Source: a virus
DNA length: 27,181 bases
Reading direction: 5' to 3' (one strand)
IMG/VR virus record: IMGVR_UViG_3300009964_000029
Position numbers and translations under genes: made by a program. How positions within the stretch are numbered: the stretch's first letter is position 1; the number at the start of each line of letters is the position of its first letter. A model generated the notes under the pieces. It made no database searches and had not been told where the DNA came from. It was given only the letters and a program-made list of their open reading frames with translations. This document shows, piece after piece, positions 1 to 6,108 of the stretch.

Positions 1-127
1 CCCCTTTCCGGCGTTGTCTCACCCCCCTTCGGCCTTCCACTAAAGTGGAGGGGAGCACTTTGTAGATAATGCTTTCCATTATCTGACTATCGTCCACGTA
101 TGCGACGCCGTTCAATGCGTCGGTGAC
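1..127. repeat. terminal redundancy copy A (identical to 27055-27181)
   Basis: first 127 nt of window identical to last 127 nt; typical assembly overlap of a circular or circularly permuted genome. Confidence 0.9.
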
Positions 128-388
128 CAGCTTCGCCAGATTATCGTAGTCCACCCGCCGCCGGTCAGACATGTAGAACGTGACGTGCATTATGATTTCC
201 TGGTCGAAGGGCTTGCAGCCTGCATACTTCTTCAAGTACTCTGCTTTGATTCGGGCTTCGGCGGCCTTGGTTTTGGCGGGTGTTATCCCGTGCCCGTTGT
301 AAACCCTTGGTCGGGCTTTCGGTACCGGCTGGCCGGGGACGGTGAGCCTGACCGGCAGCCCAGCGTACAGGGGGCTGAGCTTAGTCAT
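1..388 (-). CDS. rusA: RusA-family Holliday junction resolvase, N-terminal 129 codons (gene runs off left edge; remainder at 26984-27181)
   Basis: ATG 388-386 preceded by GGAGGAGAACATA; translation MTKLSPLYAGLPVRLTVPGQPVPKARPRV...HVTFYMSDRRRVDYDNLAKLVTDALNGVAYVDDSQI carries the RusA DRRR.D.DNL...DA.....DD.Q signature. Confidence 0.75.
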   Translation of the reverse strand, partial: MTKLSPLYAGLPVRLTVPGQPVPKARPRVYNGHGITPAKTKAAEARIKAEYLKKYAGCKPFDQEIIMHVTFYMSDRRRVDYDNLAKLVTDALNGVAYVDDSQIMESIIYKVLPSTLVEGRRGVRQRRKG

Positions 389-593
389 TATGTTCTCCTC
401 CCATCGCGAGCTCTAGCATACGGTGCAGCCAAACGGCCGAATCATAATCCAGCTCGAGGTGATGCATTTTTCGTGCGCCACGCGGACCGTAAAGTACCTG
501 CGACACTACCAACCGGTGAGCGTTGAACGCGTCTGTATATATTGACATGCTTGTTTCTGGGTGCTGCATATCGATATCGGTAAAAATATCCAT
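381..593 (-). CDS. small protein (70 aa), member of D-x5-W-L-x3-L paralog family
   Basis: internal ATG at 593 with AGAGAGGCAGAATA upstream; C-terminus LELDYDSAVWLHRMLEL shares motif with 2197-2418, 2415-2663, 2660-2857; stop overlaps rusA start. Confidence 0.5.
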   Translation of the reverse strand: MDIFTDIDMQHPETSMSIYTDAFNAHRLVVSQVLYGPRGARKMHHLELDYDSAVWLHRMLELAMGGEHND

Positions 594-823
594 TATTCTG
601 CCTCTCTTTCGGGGACGATTTGCCGAGCTTGGTGCGCCCTGGCGACGAGCGGGCAAGCTACGTAATGCTCGATAGTGCGGATAAACATGTGCTGCTGCTG
701 AGCCAACAATTCGAGGTAGTCGTCCACGTCTTCGCAATTGTAGTAATCCGTATTATTAAACGGGTTATGCAGACTACGGAAAATGACCCCGCGGATATCA
801 CTGGCGGTTTGAAAACTCATCAT
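593..823 (-). CDS. hypothetical protein (76 aa)
   Basis: track ORF; stop/start TAATG overlap with next gene; function unknown. Confidence 0.45.
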   Translation of the reverse strand: MMSFQTASDIRGVIFRSLHNPFNNTDYYNCEDVDDYLELLAQQQHMFIRTIEHYVACPLVARAHQARQIVPEREAE

Positions 824-965
824 TAACCCCCTTCTGCCGCTTCCGGCGTTGTATTACTGTGATAAGTTCTGTGATGATTATGCCGAGCATAATCGCTCCC
901 AAAATAATGACCACGAACAAGGTCAACAGCCAGATGACCATGAGGGTAAAAGCGAATAGGTTCAT
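798..965 (-). CDS. small hydrophobic protein (55 aa, one TM; below track cutoff)
   Basis: ATG 965 after GGAGCACACTA; MNLFAFTLMVIWLLTLFVVIILGAIMLGIIITELITVIQRRKRQKGVNDEFSNRQ; TAATG overlap with upstream gene; overlaps 593-823 by 26 nt. Confidence 0.3.
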   Translation of the reverse strand: MNLFAFTLMVIWLLTLFVVIILGAIMLGIIITELITVIQRRKRQKGVNDEFSNRQ

Positions 966-1150
966 TAGTGTGCTCCTTCCATCATGTACAAGGCTTTATT
1001 AAGAGCGTCACGCACATATGTCAGCTCATTAACAGTCGTGATATCAATCATGTTGGTGACGGTCTTACCGTCATCGAGTACGGTATCCTGACGGACGATA
1101 ATGCCGTACGGAATGTTGTAATCAATTATTGGTGTTTTCGTAACCTGCAT
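965..1150 (-). CDS. small protein (61 aa), paralog of 1122-1307
   Basis: shares I[IV]RQ ... EL.YVR..LNK motif with neighbour. Confidence 0.5.
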   Translation of the reverse strand: MQVTKTPIIDYNIPYGIIVRQDTVLDDGKTVTNMIDITTVNELTYVRDALNKALYMMEGAH

Positions 1151-1307
1151 ACTTCCGCAATCCTTTACTTATAAATTTATTGAGTTTATTACGTACATAT
1201 TCGAGCTCTTCAAGTCTTGTGAGCTTGATATCTTTTCCACGCTGACGAATAATGACGTCGCACGGGTCTTCTGAGGCTTGGAAAACTTCGGTAATGCCTT
1301 TGCTCAT
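1122..1307 (-). CDS. small protein (61 aa), paralog of 965-1150
   Basis: strong SD TAAGGAGGGCGA-ATG; IIRQRGKDIKLTRLEELEYVRNKLNK. Confidence 0.55.
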   Translation of the reverse strand: MSKGITEVFQASEDPCDVIIRQRGKDIKLTRLEELEYVRNKLNKFISKGLRKYAGYENTNN

Positions 1308-1531
1308 TCGCCCTCCTTATCGTCGATAGTGACCAGGTGCCAGATGAGGCAGATTGAGGCGATGACCGTGCCCCAGAACAGGAGCATTGACAGTCCCATG
1401 AGAACGGTCATACCGTAATGCCAACGGCTCAAAGTGTCATTGAATAGTACGATGTTAAAGATAGTGAACAGTGCCATGCCCGCAGCACCTAATAAGTGCT
1501 TCGAGCGCGTAGACATGTTATGTTTTTTCAT
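1304..1531 (-). CDS. small membrane protein (75 aa, 2 TM)
   Basis: SD GAGGAGAATCTCTC-ATG; hydrophobic segments; ATGA overlap with neighbours. Confidence 0.55.
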   Translation of the reverse strand: MKKHNMSTRSKHLLGAAGMALFTIFNIVLFNDTLSRWHYGMTVLMGLSMLLFWGTVIASICLIWHLVTIDDKEGE

Positions 1532-1908
1532 GAGAGATTCTCCTCGTAAAATTTAGTGGCTTCCACTAAAAGCAGGTGAGCTACGTCATGCCCCTTGCGG
1601 GTTAGGGCCCATCGTTTGCAAGGCCGTCCGGTAGGGCTGAACCCTTTACGGTCTACCTCTTTTACGAGGCCGAGTTTGACAGCGTCAGCCCTGCGGGAGC
1701 GCAATCCCTGTTCCGTATCTTTGTGATATTGAGCGTTTTCATCGTAGATATCCCTGTCGGTGAAGCCCCGCTCGGAATAATAATGTTCTGTGAGTGCCCT
1801 CATTGAGTTGATGAGGTGCTGCATTTGATGTCGGGTGCGGACCGTTTGTGCGGCCCATTGGCTCGTGCGCGAGTCCGTAGACCGTGCTTTGGCGTTGGGG
1901 ATTTTCAT
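1528..1908 (-). CDS. putative winged-helix DNA-binding protein (126 aa)
   Basis: SD GAAAGGACAAACCG-ATG; basic region ...KLGLVKEVDRKGFSPTGRPCKRWALTRKG; function inferred weakly. Confidence 0.5.
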   Translation of the reverse strand: MKIPNAKARSTDSRTSQWAAQTVRTRHQMQHLINSMRALTEHYYSERGFTDRDIYDENAQYHKDTEQGLRSRRADAVKLGLVKEVDRKGFSPTGRPCKRWALTRKGHDVAHLLLVEATKFYEENLS

Positions 1909-1920
1909 CGGTTTGTCCTT

Positions 1921-2091
1921 TCAGTCTTTAATTTGGAGTGCGTACGAGAATGTGTAGCAGATGGTGAGTATTATCGCGAAGATTCGGCAGACGGTGTTCT
2001 GTCCGGTGAAAGAGGTTATGAGCATCGCGAAGAGGGAGACTGGTGTTGCTCCTGCGAGGAATGAGAGTATAAAATTTTTTGTCTCGTTCAT
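1921..2091 (-). CDS. small membrane protein (56 aa; missed by ORF track) immediately downstream of promoter copy 1
   Basis: ATG 2091 after conserved leader AAAGGACACTCAA; MNETKNFILSFLAGATPVSLFAMLITSFTGQNTVCRIFAIILTICYTFSYALQIKD. Confidence 0.5.
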   Translation of the reverse strand: MNETKNFILSFLAGATPVSLFAMLITSFTGQNTVCRIFAIILTICYTFSYALQIKD

Positions 2092-2131
2092 TTGAGTGTC
2101 CTTTCAGTTTGTTTTTTTGTTTGATATTAAT

Positions 2132-2160
2132 ATTATAGCATAGTGTAGTGATGATGTCCA
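2132..2160 (-). promoter_or_regulatory. early promoter copy 1 (TGGACA-17-TATAAT with TGn extended -10) plus conserved leader AAAGGACACTCAA
   Basis: -35 rc of tgtcca 2155-2160, -10 rc of attata 2132-2137; ~66-bp unit near-identical to copies at 4388-4453, 24944-24990, 26548-26596. Confidence 0.65.
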
Positions 2161-2196
2161 ATATTACGCTGAGAGAGAAAATTATTAGTGGCCAGT

Positions 2197-2418
2197 TTAT
2201 GACACGTCCTTTTCCGGTGTTTTAAGGGCTTTTTTCAGCTGCTTTCGCAGCCATTTAGCGGTTGGACGGTCGATGATCATGCTGTTACGGTGATTCGTGC
2301 ACGAATCATATATAAACTCGTTCAGATACAGGTGCTCGCCGTCCATACTGGTAGACAGGTGTATGCGAGCGATGTCATCGACTTCGTGCATGTCGCTGAT
2401 TGGTGTAAACGGTTTCAT
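2197..2418 (-). CDS. small protein (73 aa), D-x5-W-L-x3-L family paralog
   Basis: MKP... IIDRPTAKWLRKQLKK; ATGA overlap with upstream gene. Confidence 0.55.
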   Translation of the reverse strand: MKPFTPISDMHEVDDIARIHLSTSMDGEHLYLNEFIYDSCTNHRNSMIIDRPTAKWLRKQLKKALKTPEKDVS

Positions 2419-2663
2419 CGTTCTGTCGCCTCGCCTTCAAGCGCACTGTTTTTGATTGTGTCTACACTATGCTGGAGCTTGTCAGACAGCCATTCGGCGT
2501 CATCAACAGATAGCATGAGATTCGTTTCAAGCATGTTGTACGGAGTATTTATAATAATCTTGACGTACTTATCAAACGTGCCGATAGCTATGCTACTGGC
2601 TCCAGGCTGGTTGGGTGGGGTATAACGGTAGTCGCTGTATTCCTCATGTTTTGTCTTACTCAT
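2415..2663 (-). CDS. small protein (82 aa), D-x5-W-L-x3-L family paralog
   Basis: LMLSVDDAEWLSDKLQH; ATGA overlaps both neighbours. Confidence 0.55.
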   Translation of the reverse strand: MSKTKHEEYSDYRYTPPNQPGASSIAIGTFDKYVKIIINTPYNMLETNLMLSVDDAEWLSDKLQHSVDTIKNSALEGEATER

Positions 2664-2857
2664 TTCGTGTTTTCCTTTTCGGTGTTTTGAAGCGTTTCGA
2701 TCAGCCAGCGCAAGCTGTCGCGGTCGAGGATAAACGTGTTCTGCATGGTCCCGCGACCGTTTTCAAAGGTGAGGATAGTGTTCTCACCGTCGATTTCTAC
2801 GTACAGTTCTGTGCAAAAGTCGTCTATTTGCAGACCGTCAAGCAGTTTAGGTTTCAT
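2660..2857 (-). CDS. small protein (65 aa), D-x5-W-L-x3-L family paralog
   Basis: SD AAAGGATAGAATC-ATG; MKP... FILDRDSLRWLIETLQN. Confidence 0.55.
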   Translation of the reverse strand: MKPKLLDGLQIDDFCTELYVEIDGENTILTFENGRGTMQNTFILDRDSLRWLIETLQNTEKENTK

Positions 2858-2880
2858 GATTCTATCCTTTTTCTTTGCTA

Positions 2881-3327
2881 TTAAAAGTCGGGTTCACCGA
2901 ACTCACTATTGTTTTGCGGTGCTGCCCACGTGTCATCAGACTGTGACCACGACTGCTGCACGGACGTCGGCTGTGAGGGCTGCGAGGATGTGGGCTGCGT
3001 GTTTTTAGGCAGTATCCCTACCGCGGTAGCCCTACAGCGCAGTGCAGTGGCCTCATGGCCGTCCCGAGCCGTATACCAGCGTTGCTGCAACGTCCCAGTT
3101 ATGAGGAGCTTTGACCCTTTTTCTGCGGCTTGGATTTGGGCGGCCGTGTAATCCGCTGAGGCTTCTACGTCAATCCACATCGTGCCCTGGTCCACCCAAT
3201 TATTAGACTTATCAAAGTAGCCTTGGCTGACCGCGACCAGGATTGACGTGACGCTCCCGCCGCTGTTAAAATGGCGTGTTTCCGGGTCCCGCCTGGCGTT
3301 ACCGGTAAACGTAACTTGTACACTCAT
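2881..3327 (-). CDS. ssb: single-stranded DNA-binding protein (SSB)
   Basis: OB-fold N-terminus VTFTGNARRDPETRHFNSGGSVTSILVAVSQ resembles bacterial SSB; Q/S/P-rich linker; acidic C-terminal tip SEFGEPDF (DIPF-like). Confidence 0.8.
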   Translation of the reverse strand: MSVQVTFTGNARRDPETRHFNSGGSVTSILVAVSQGYFDKSNNWVDQGTMWIDVEASADYTAAQIQAAEKGSKLLITGTLQQRWYTARDGHEATALRCRATAVGILPKNTQPTSSQPSQPTSVQQSWSQSDDTWAAPQNNSEFGEPDF

Positions 3328-3470
3328 TTCGTGTCCTTCCTTTCATTGTTTTTCTGTTCCAGCTGGCGGCGTATATAGGCTTCCAACCGGCCGTTAACGT
3401 ATTTGTATACGAGGCGTGTTGTGCGGCCTGTATACCTACGTTTTTTGTAGGTTTCTATGAGAACTGTCAT
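3324..3470 (-). CDS. small highly basic protein (48 aa; missed by track)
   Basis: SD GGAGGTGGACGA-ATG at 3470; MTVLIETYKKRRYTGRTTRLVYKYVNGRLEAYIRRQLEQKNNERKDTK; ATGA overlap with ssb start. Confidence 0.4.
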   Translation of the reverse strand: MTVLIETYKKRRYTGRTTRLVYKYVNGRLEAYIRRQLEQKNNERKDTK

Positions 3471-3531
3471 TCGTCCACCTCCTTGAACCCGTAGCCCAGC
3501 AGGTCCTGCTGTCCGGTAAACGTTGCTTTAT

Positions 3532-3876
3532 TCATGAGAGGTCCCTTCCATACTCGTCTTGCATTTTGTTAATGTCCTGCTGGGTAACGTTGCGCTCGTC
3601 AGCGATTTTGAGACGTGCGTACCGTGTAGAGATTCCAAGCGTTTGGGCTATCTCTTCGGCTGTCAGTTTGTATTTTTCTTTGAAGTAGACGAGTTGGGCG
3701 AAACGGTGGAGTTTGTGGACGTCTTCGGGGTACACGTTCGGGTCGTCGCGTTTCATGACCCGGCGGAAAATATGCGGGTCGTTATTCGGGACGTATTTAA
3801 CGAAATAGTAATACGGTACGTTTGGTGTGCGGAGCGGGTTGGTGATGACCGCGCTTGCGGCTTTCTTTTTAATCAT
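3532..3876 (-). CDS. HTH DNA-binding protein (114 aa), possible early/middle transcription regulator
   Basis: SD GAAAGGAAAACATC-ATG; C-terminal HTH LTAEEIAQTLGISTRYARLKI. Confidence 0.5.
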   Translation of the reverse strand: MIKKKAASAVITNPLRTPNVPYYYFVKYVPNNDPHIFRRVMKRDDPNVYPEDVHKLHRFAQLVYFKEKYKLTAEEIAQTLGISTRYARLKIADERNVTQQDINKMQDEYGRDLS

Positions 3877-3902
3877 GATGTTTTCCTTTCAAAGAGTCTG
3901 GT

Positions 3903-3928
3903 GAGGGGCGGGCGGTTGCCCGCCCCTC
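3903..3928. other. perfect 11-bp GC-rich hairpin GAGGGGCGGGC-GGTT-GCCCGCCCCTC without U-tract
   Basis: between acidic protein gene and HTH gene. Confidence 0.5.
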
Positions 3929-3943
3929 TACTGGGTTCAGTTG

Positions 3944-4366
3944 TTAGTCTTCGTCCTCTTCTTCGTCGTCTTCGTCTGTTATGTAACGGTACGTGCAGTA
4001 TTCAGGCCCGCCGTTCGCTTCCTGATACGCTCTGATGAGCGTGTCGAGGTCGAGGTCGAGGTCGTACAGGTAGTGGTCACGGAGGAGGACAAGGTCGTTG
4101 TAGTCGATTTCTTCTGGTTCTTCGCCTGGCTTGGCGTTGTCGATAGCGTTCTGATTGGCTATGAACCGACGGCGGATACCGTTCGCAATATAGTATGTAG
4201 TCCCGTTGATGCGGGCGAATGCGTCGAGCATGCTTTCAAAGTCGTCTATGCGCTCGTAGCTGCTGACTGTTTCGTCTGCGAGTTCTTCGACGGGGATATC
4301 CCATGATTCGACTGGGATATGAGAGCTGGTTACCCTCTTTGTGAAGTGGATATGTGTGACTGTCAT
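3944..4366 (-). CDS. highly acidic protein (140 aa) with poly-D/E tail; DNA-mimic / anti-restriction candidate
   Basis: true start ATG 4366 after conserved leader GGAAAGGACACAATAAA (track start 4432 is a TTG inside promoter copy 2); ...DLDLDLDTLIRAYQEANGGPEYCTYRYITDEDDEEEDED. Confidence 0.55.
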   Translation of the reverse strand: MTVTHIHFTKRVTSSHIPVESWDIPVEELADETVSSYERIDDFESMLDAFARINGTTYYIANGIRRRFIANQNAIDNAKPGEEPEEIDYNDLVLLRDHYLYDLDLDLDTLIRAYQEANGGPEYCTYRYITDEDDEEEDED

Positions 4367-4402
4367 TTTATTGTGTCCTTTCCTTTTTTGTTTGATATTA
4401 TT

Positions 4403-4431
4403 ATTATAGCATAGTGTAGTGATGATGTCCA
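4403..4431 (-). promoter_or_regulatory. early promoter copy 2
   Basis: -10 4403-4408, -35 4426-4431, 17-bp spacer; drives acidic protein gene. Confidence 0.65.
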
Positions 4432-4456
4432 ATATTACGCTGAGAGAGAAAACTGT

Positions 4457-4762
4457 TTAGTATTTTTCACCATAGTGAGTAACGAACGCGCTGATAGCAC
4501 TGCACGCTATCCACTGGTAGAATAGTTGGCCTGTGCTGTCGGCTGGACGGTAGAAATTATACGCGAAAACAGTGAGGGCTGTTACCCACGGCGCTAAACA
4601 CCAGCCGCAAATCATGAGTTGTTCCCACCCACTGCTACTTTTTTTAAAGTGTTGTATCCACGATTCGCGGATTTTTTTCATTATCCCGTACGGCAGGTCC
4701 AGATAGCGCACGGCATAGTTAATATAGGCGCTGATGAAACTGATAATAATAATGTCTCGCAT
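4457..4762 (-). CDS. membrane protein, DUF1360-like (C-x-W-C-x-x-W motif)
   Basis: ICGWCLAPWVTALTVFAYNFY; 2-3 TM segments. Confidence 0.45.
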   Translation of the reverse strand: MRDIIIISFISAYINYAVRYLDLPYGIMKKIRESWIQHFKKSSSGWEQLMICGWCLAPWVTALTVFAYNFYRPADSTGQLFYQWIACSAISAFVTHYGEKY

Positions 4763-4776
4763 TTTGTCCCTAATTG

Positions 4777-4785
4777 TGGTATAAT
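4777..4785 (+). promoter_or_regulatory. extended -10 TGGTATAAT on + strand, 7 nt upstream of terminator hairpin: candidate promoter of ~45-nt antisense sRNA
   Basis: tgg 4777-4779, tataat 4780-4785; no clear -35. Confidence 0.25.
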
Positions 4786-4791
4786 ACGTGT

Positions 4792-4840
4792 AGGCTGTGT
4801 TCTTGTCCTTTCGCGCACAGCCTTTATTTTTTGTCTTTTT
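4792..4840 (+). terminator. intrinsic terminator oriented for + strand: AGGCTGTG-16 nt-CACAGCCT then TTATTTTTTGTCTTTTT
   Basis: perfect 8-bp stem plus T-run on + strand; antisense to early operon. Confidence 0.5.
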
Positions 4841-5372
4841 CCGTGTTCTCCTCGCTGTCTTTCTGACAGTATTCGATGATACGGCTTATCGCGGCGTTAA
4901 CATTTTTGATGTTGTGACAGTTAGCGGTGATCTTCCCGCACAAGTAGTCCATTTGGTGGCTGTTGTTTAGTGTCACGTCGTTCAACAGTTCATTGATATA
5001 CTCGATGTGGGCTGTCTTTTCCAGCCTGGCCTGGTATTGGGCGAGTATCATACGTGCGGCCTGCTGGACCGGGGTACCGTCCAACGGGATAGGCTTACCA
5101 TCAACTTTCATACCTAGTTCGTGTAACGGGCGGCCGGAGTACAAATATCCGAGTATAGCCGTATACAACCATACGTCTACCGTAGTTATTTGTTCTGGCT
5201 CCCAGCCGGCTTCTATCGCTACGATTGGGTTAGCGAAACCTCCGGCATACAATTCAACGAGCTTATCATACCCGTTCTGTCGGGCGGCTGACAGTAAACG
5301 GTAGTTATATTCACGTTCTGGACCGTCCCACGTATTCAAAAACAGTATTGAGGGGCTTGTAAAACCAGCCAT
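4824..5372 (-). CDS. hypothetical protein (182 aa)
   Basis: ATG 5372 preceded by AAGGCGGTCTTA (this SD-like sequence is also the 3' acceptor arm of the tRNA-like element); no recognisable domain. Confidence 0.6.
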   Translation of the reverse strand: MAGFTSPSILFLNTWDGPEREYNYRLLSAARQNGYDKLVELYAGGFANPIVAIEAGWEPEQITTVDVWLYTAILGYLYSGRPLHELGMKVDGKPIPLDGTPVQQAARMILAQYQARLEKTAHIEYINELLNDVTLNNSHQMDYLCGKITANCHNIKNVNAAISRIIEYCQKDSEENTEKDKK

Positions 5373-5376
5373 TAAG

Positions 5377-5448
5377 ACCGCCTTCCAAGACTTGCACTTG
5401 GGACCTCTACCATAGCTGGTAGCGCTCTATCTATTGAGCTAAAGGCGG
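5377..5448 (-). tRNA. tRNA-like cloverleaf, non-canonical (6-nt anticodon loop AGCTAT containing CTA); possible degenerate tRNA or mRNA-processing element
   Basis: minus-strand fold: acceptor CCGCCTT/AAGGCGG 7 bp perfect, U8 A9, D stem GCTC/GAGC, D loop AATAGATA, anticodon stem CTACC/GGTAG, variable AGGTC, T stem CCAAG/CTTGG, T loop TGCAAGT, discriminator T, no encoded CCA. Deviations: C1, no G19, no U33, G55. Confidence 0.4.
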
Positions 5449-5456
5449 AAACATCT

Positions 5457-5855
5457 TTAGAATAACACATTCTGCTGCTCATTGCAACCCTCCTGCAATT
5501 CACGTACATTTTCGCCCGTCTCACGATGCCACCACTGGGCAAACAGCGAACGGTGGCACAATTCTTTACGAATATCATCAAAACATAAGAGCACAAGCCG
5601 GTCGCACCCAGCAGAATCACAAATCTGCTGCAAATCTAAACGGACCCGCTCAACACCATAATCATTAAGCATACTCACATAATGCTGAGTAAACTCTTCA
5701 TCAGTACCTTCTAAAAACCAACGGCCGGGAGTCAACAAAAAACACTTATACTCCAAATCGTACGGCAAACGATAACGGGGAGCACTAAACGTAATCCGCA
5801 CAGGGACACCCTCAGAAGGCTTAAAATCACGATACCGATTCGTAAACAATAACAT
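5457..5855 (-). CDS. DUF488 family protein (YeaO-like)
   Basis: RYRDFKPSEG...APRY...DLEYK..LTP...LVLLCFDDIRKELCHRSLFAQWW resembles DUF488/YeaO; ATG 5855 with AAAGGA 9 nt upstream (track uses alternative TTG 5873 with GGGTGG SD). Confidence 0.55.
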   Translation of the reverse strand: MLLFTNRYRDFKPSEGVPVRITFSAPRYRLPYDLEYKCFLLTPGRWFLEGTDEEFTQHYVSMLNDYGVERVRLDLQQICDSAGCDRLVLLCFDDIRKELCHRSLFAQWWHRETGENVRELQEGCNEQQNVLF

Positions 5856-5899
5856 AACAATATATCCTTTCAACTATAACCACCCGACTTTTTAGGTGA

Positions 5900-5945
5900 T
5901 ATATTTATATTATAGTACACGGAGTAGACAAAAAACACAAGGAAA
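5900..5945 (-). promoter_or_regulatory. candidate leftward promoter for DUF488 operon (-10 TATAAT = rc of 5909-5914; weak -35)
   Basis: TATAAT on minus strand 41 nt upstream of TTG 5873; no good -35. Confidence 0.25.
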
Positions 5946-6024
5946 CCCAACCCACACAACAACCATATAACAAAAACCTATAACACAACACTCAACAACT
6001 AACAAAGAACAAGGAGAATAGAGT

Positions 6025-6108
6025 ATGTGGTTACCCTCTTCCCGCTCACCACCCAACTTAACGCTCTTTAACCCTCTTAATAAATTTCAACTTATCCACT
6101 TCACTTGA
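6025..6108 (+). CDS. 27-codon ORF with ideal SD (AAGGAG, 8-nt spacer) after CA-rich leader; possible micropeptide/leader peptide
   Basis: MWLPSSRSPPNLTLFNPLNKFQLIHFT; lies in 877-bp intergenic region. Confidence 0.2.
   Translation: MWLPSSRSPPNLTLFNPLNKFQLIHFT

Noticed and set aside
185-526. 113-aa plus-strand ORF
   Set aside because: Antisense to the RusA gene, which has clear family motifs and an SD.
7-853. 12-nt match ttccggcgttgt at 7-18 and 841-852
   Set aside because: Both encode a basic QRRK C-terminal tail in two different minus-strand ORFs; too short to call a repeat element, probably coincidental.
1928-2161. Track ORF beginning MDIITTLCYNINIKQK (and the same N-terminus on 3944-4432)
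   Set aside because: The shared N-terminus is translated from the repeated promoter sequence itself, starting at a TTG inside the -35 element. The real genes start at the ATG after the conserved AAAGGACAC leader (2091 and 4366).
5377-5448. tRNA-like element as phage attP core or evidence of a recoded genetic code
   Set aside because: No integrase anywhere in the genome, and the T-loop is non-canonical so it is not a copy of a functional host tRNA 3' half. All late genes are intact long ORFs in the standard code, so there is no sign of TAG/TGA reassignment that would need a suppressor tRNA.
5372-5620. 82-aa minus-strand ORF
   Set aside because: Overlaps the DUF488 gene out of frame and runs through the tRNA-like element; C/R/S-rich low-complexity product; no SD.
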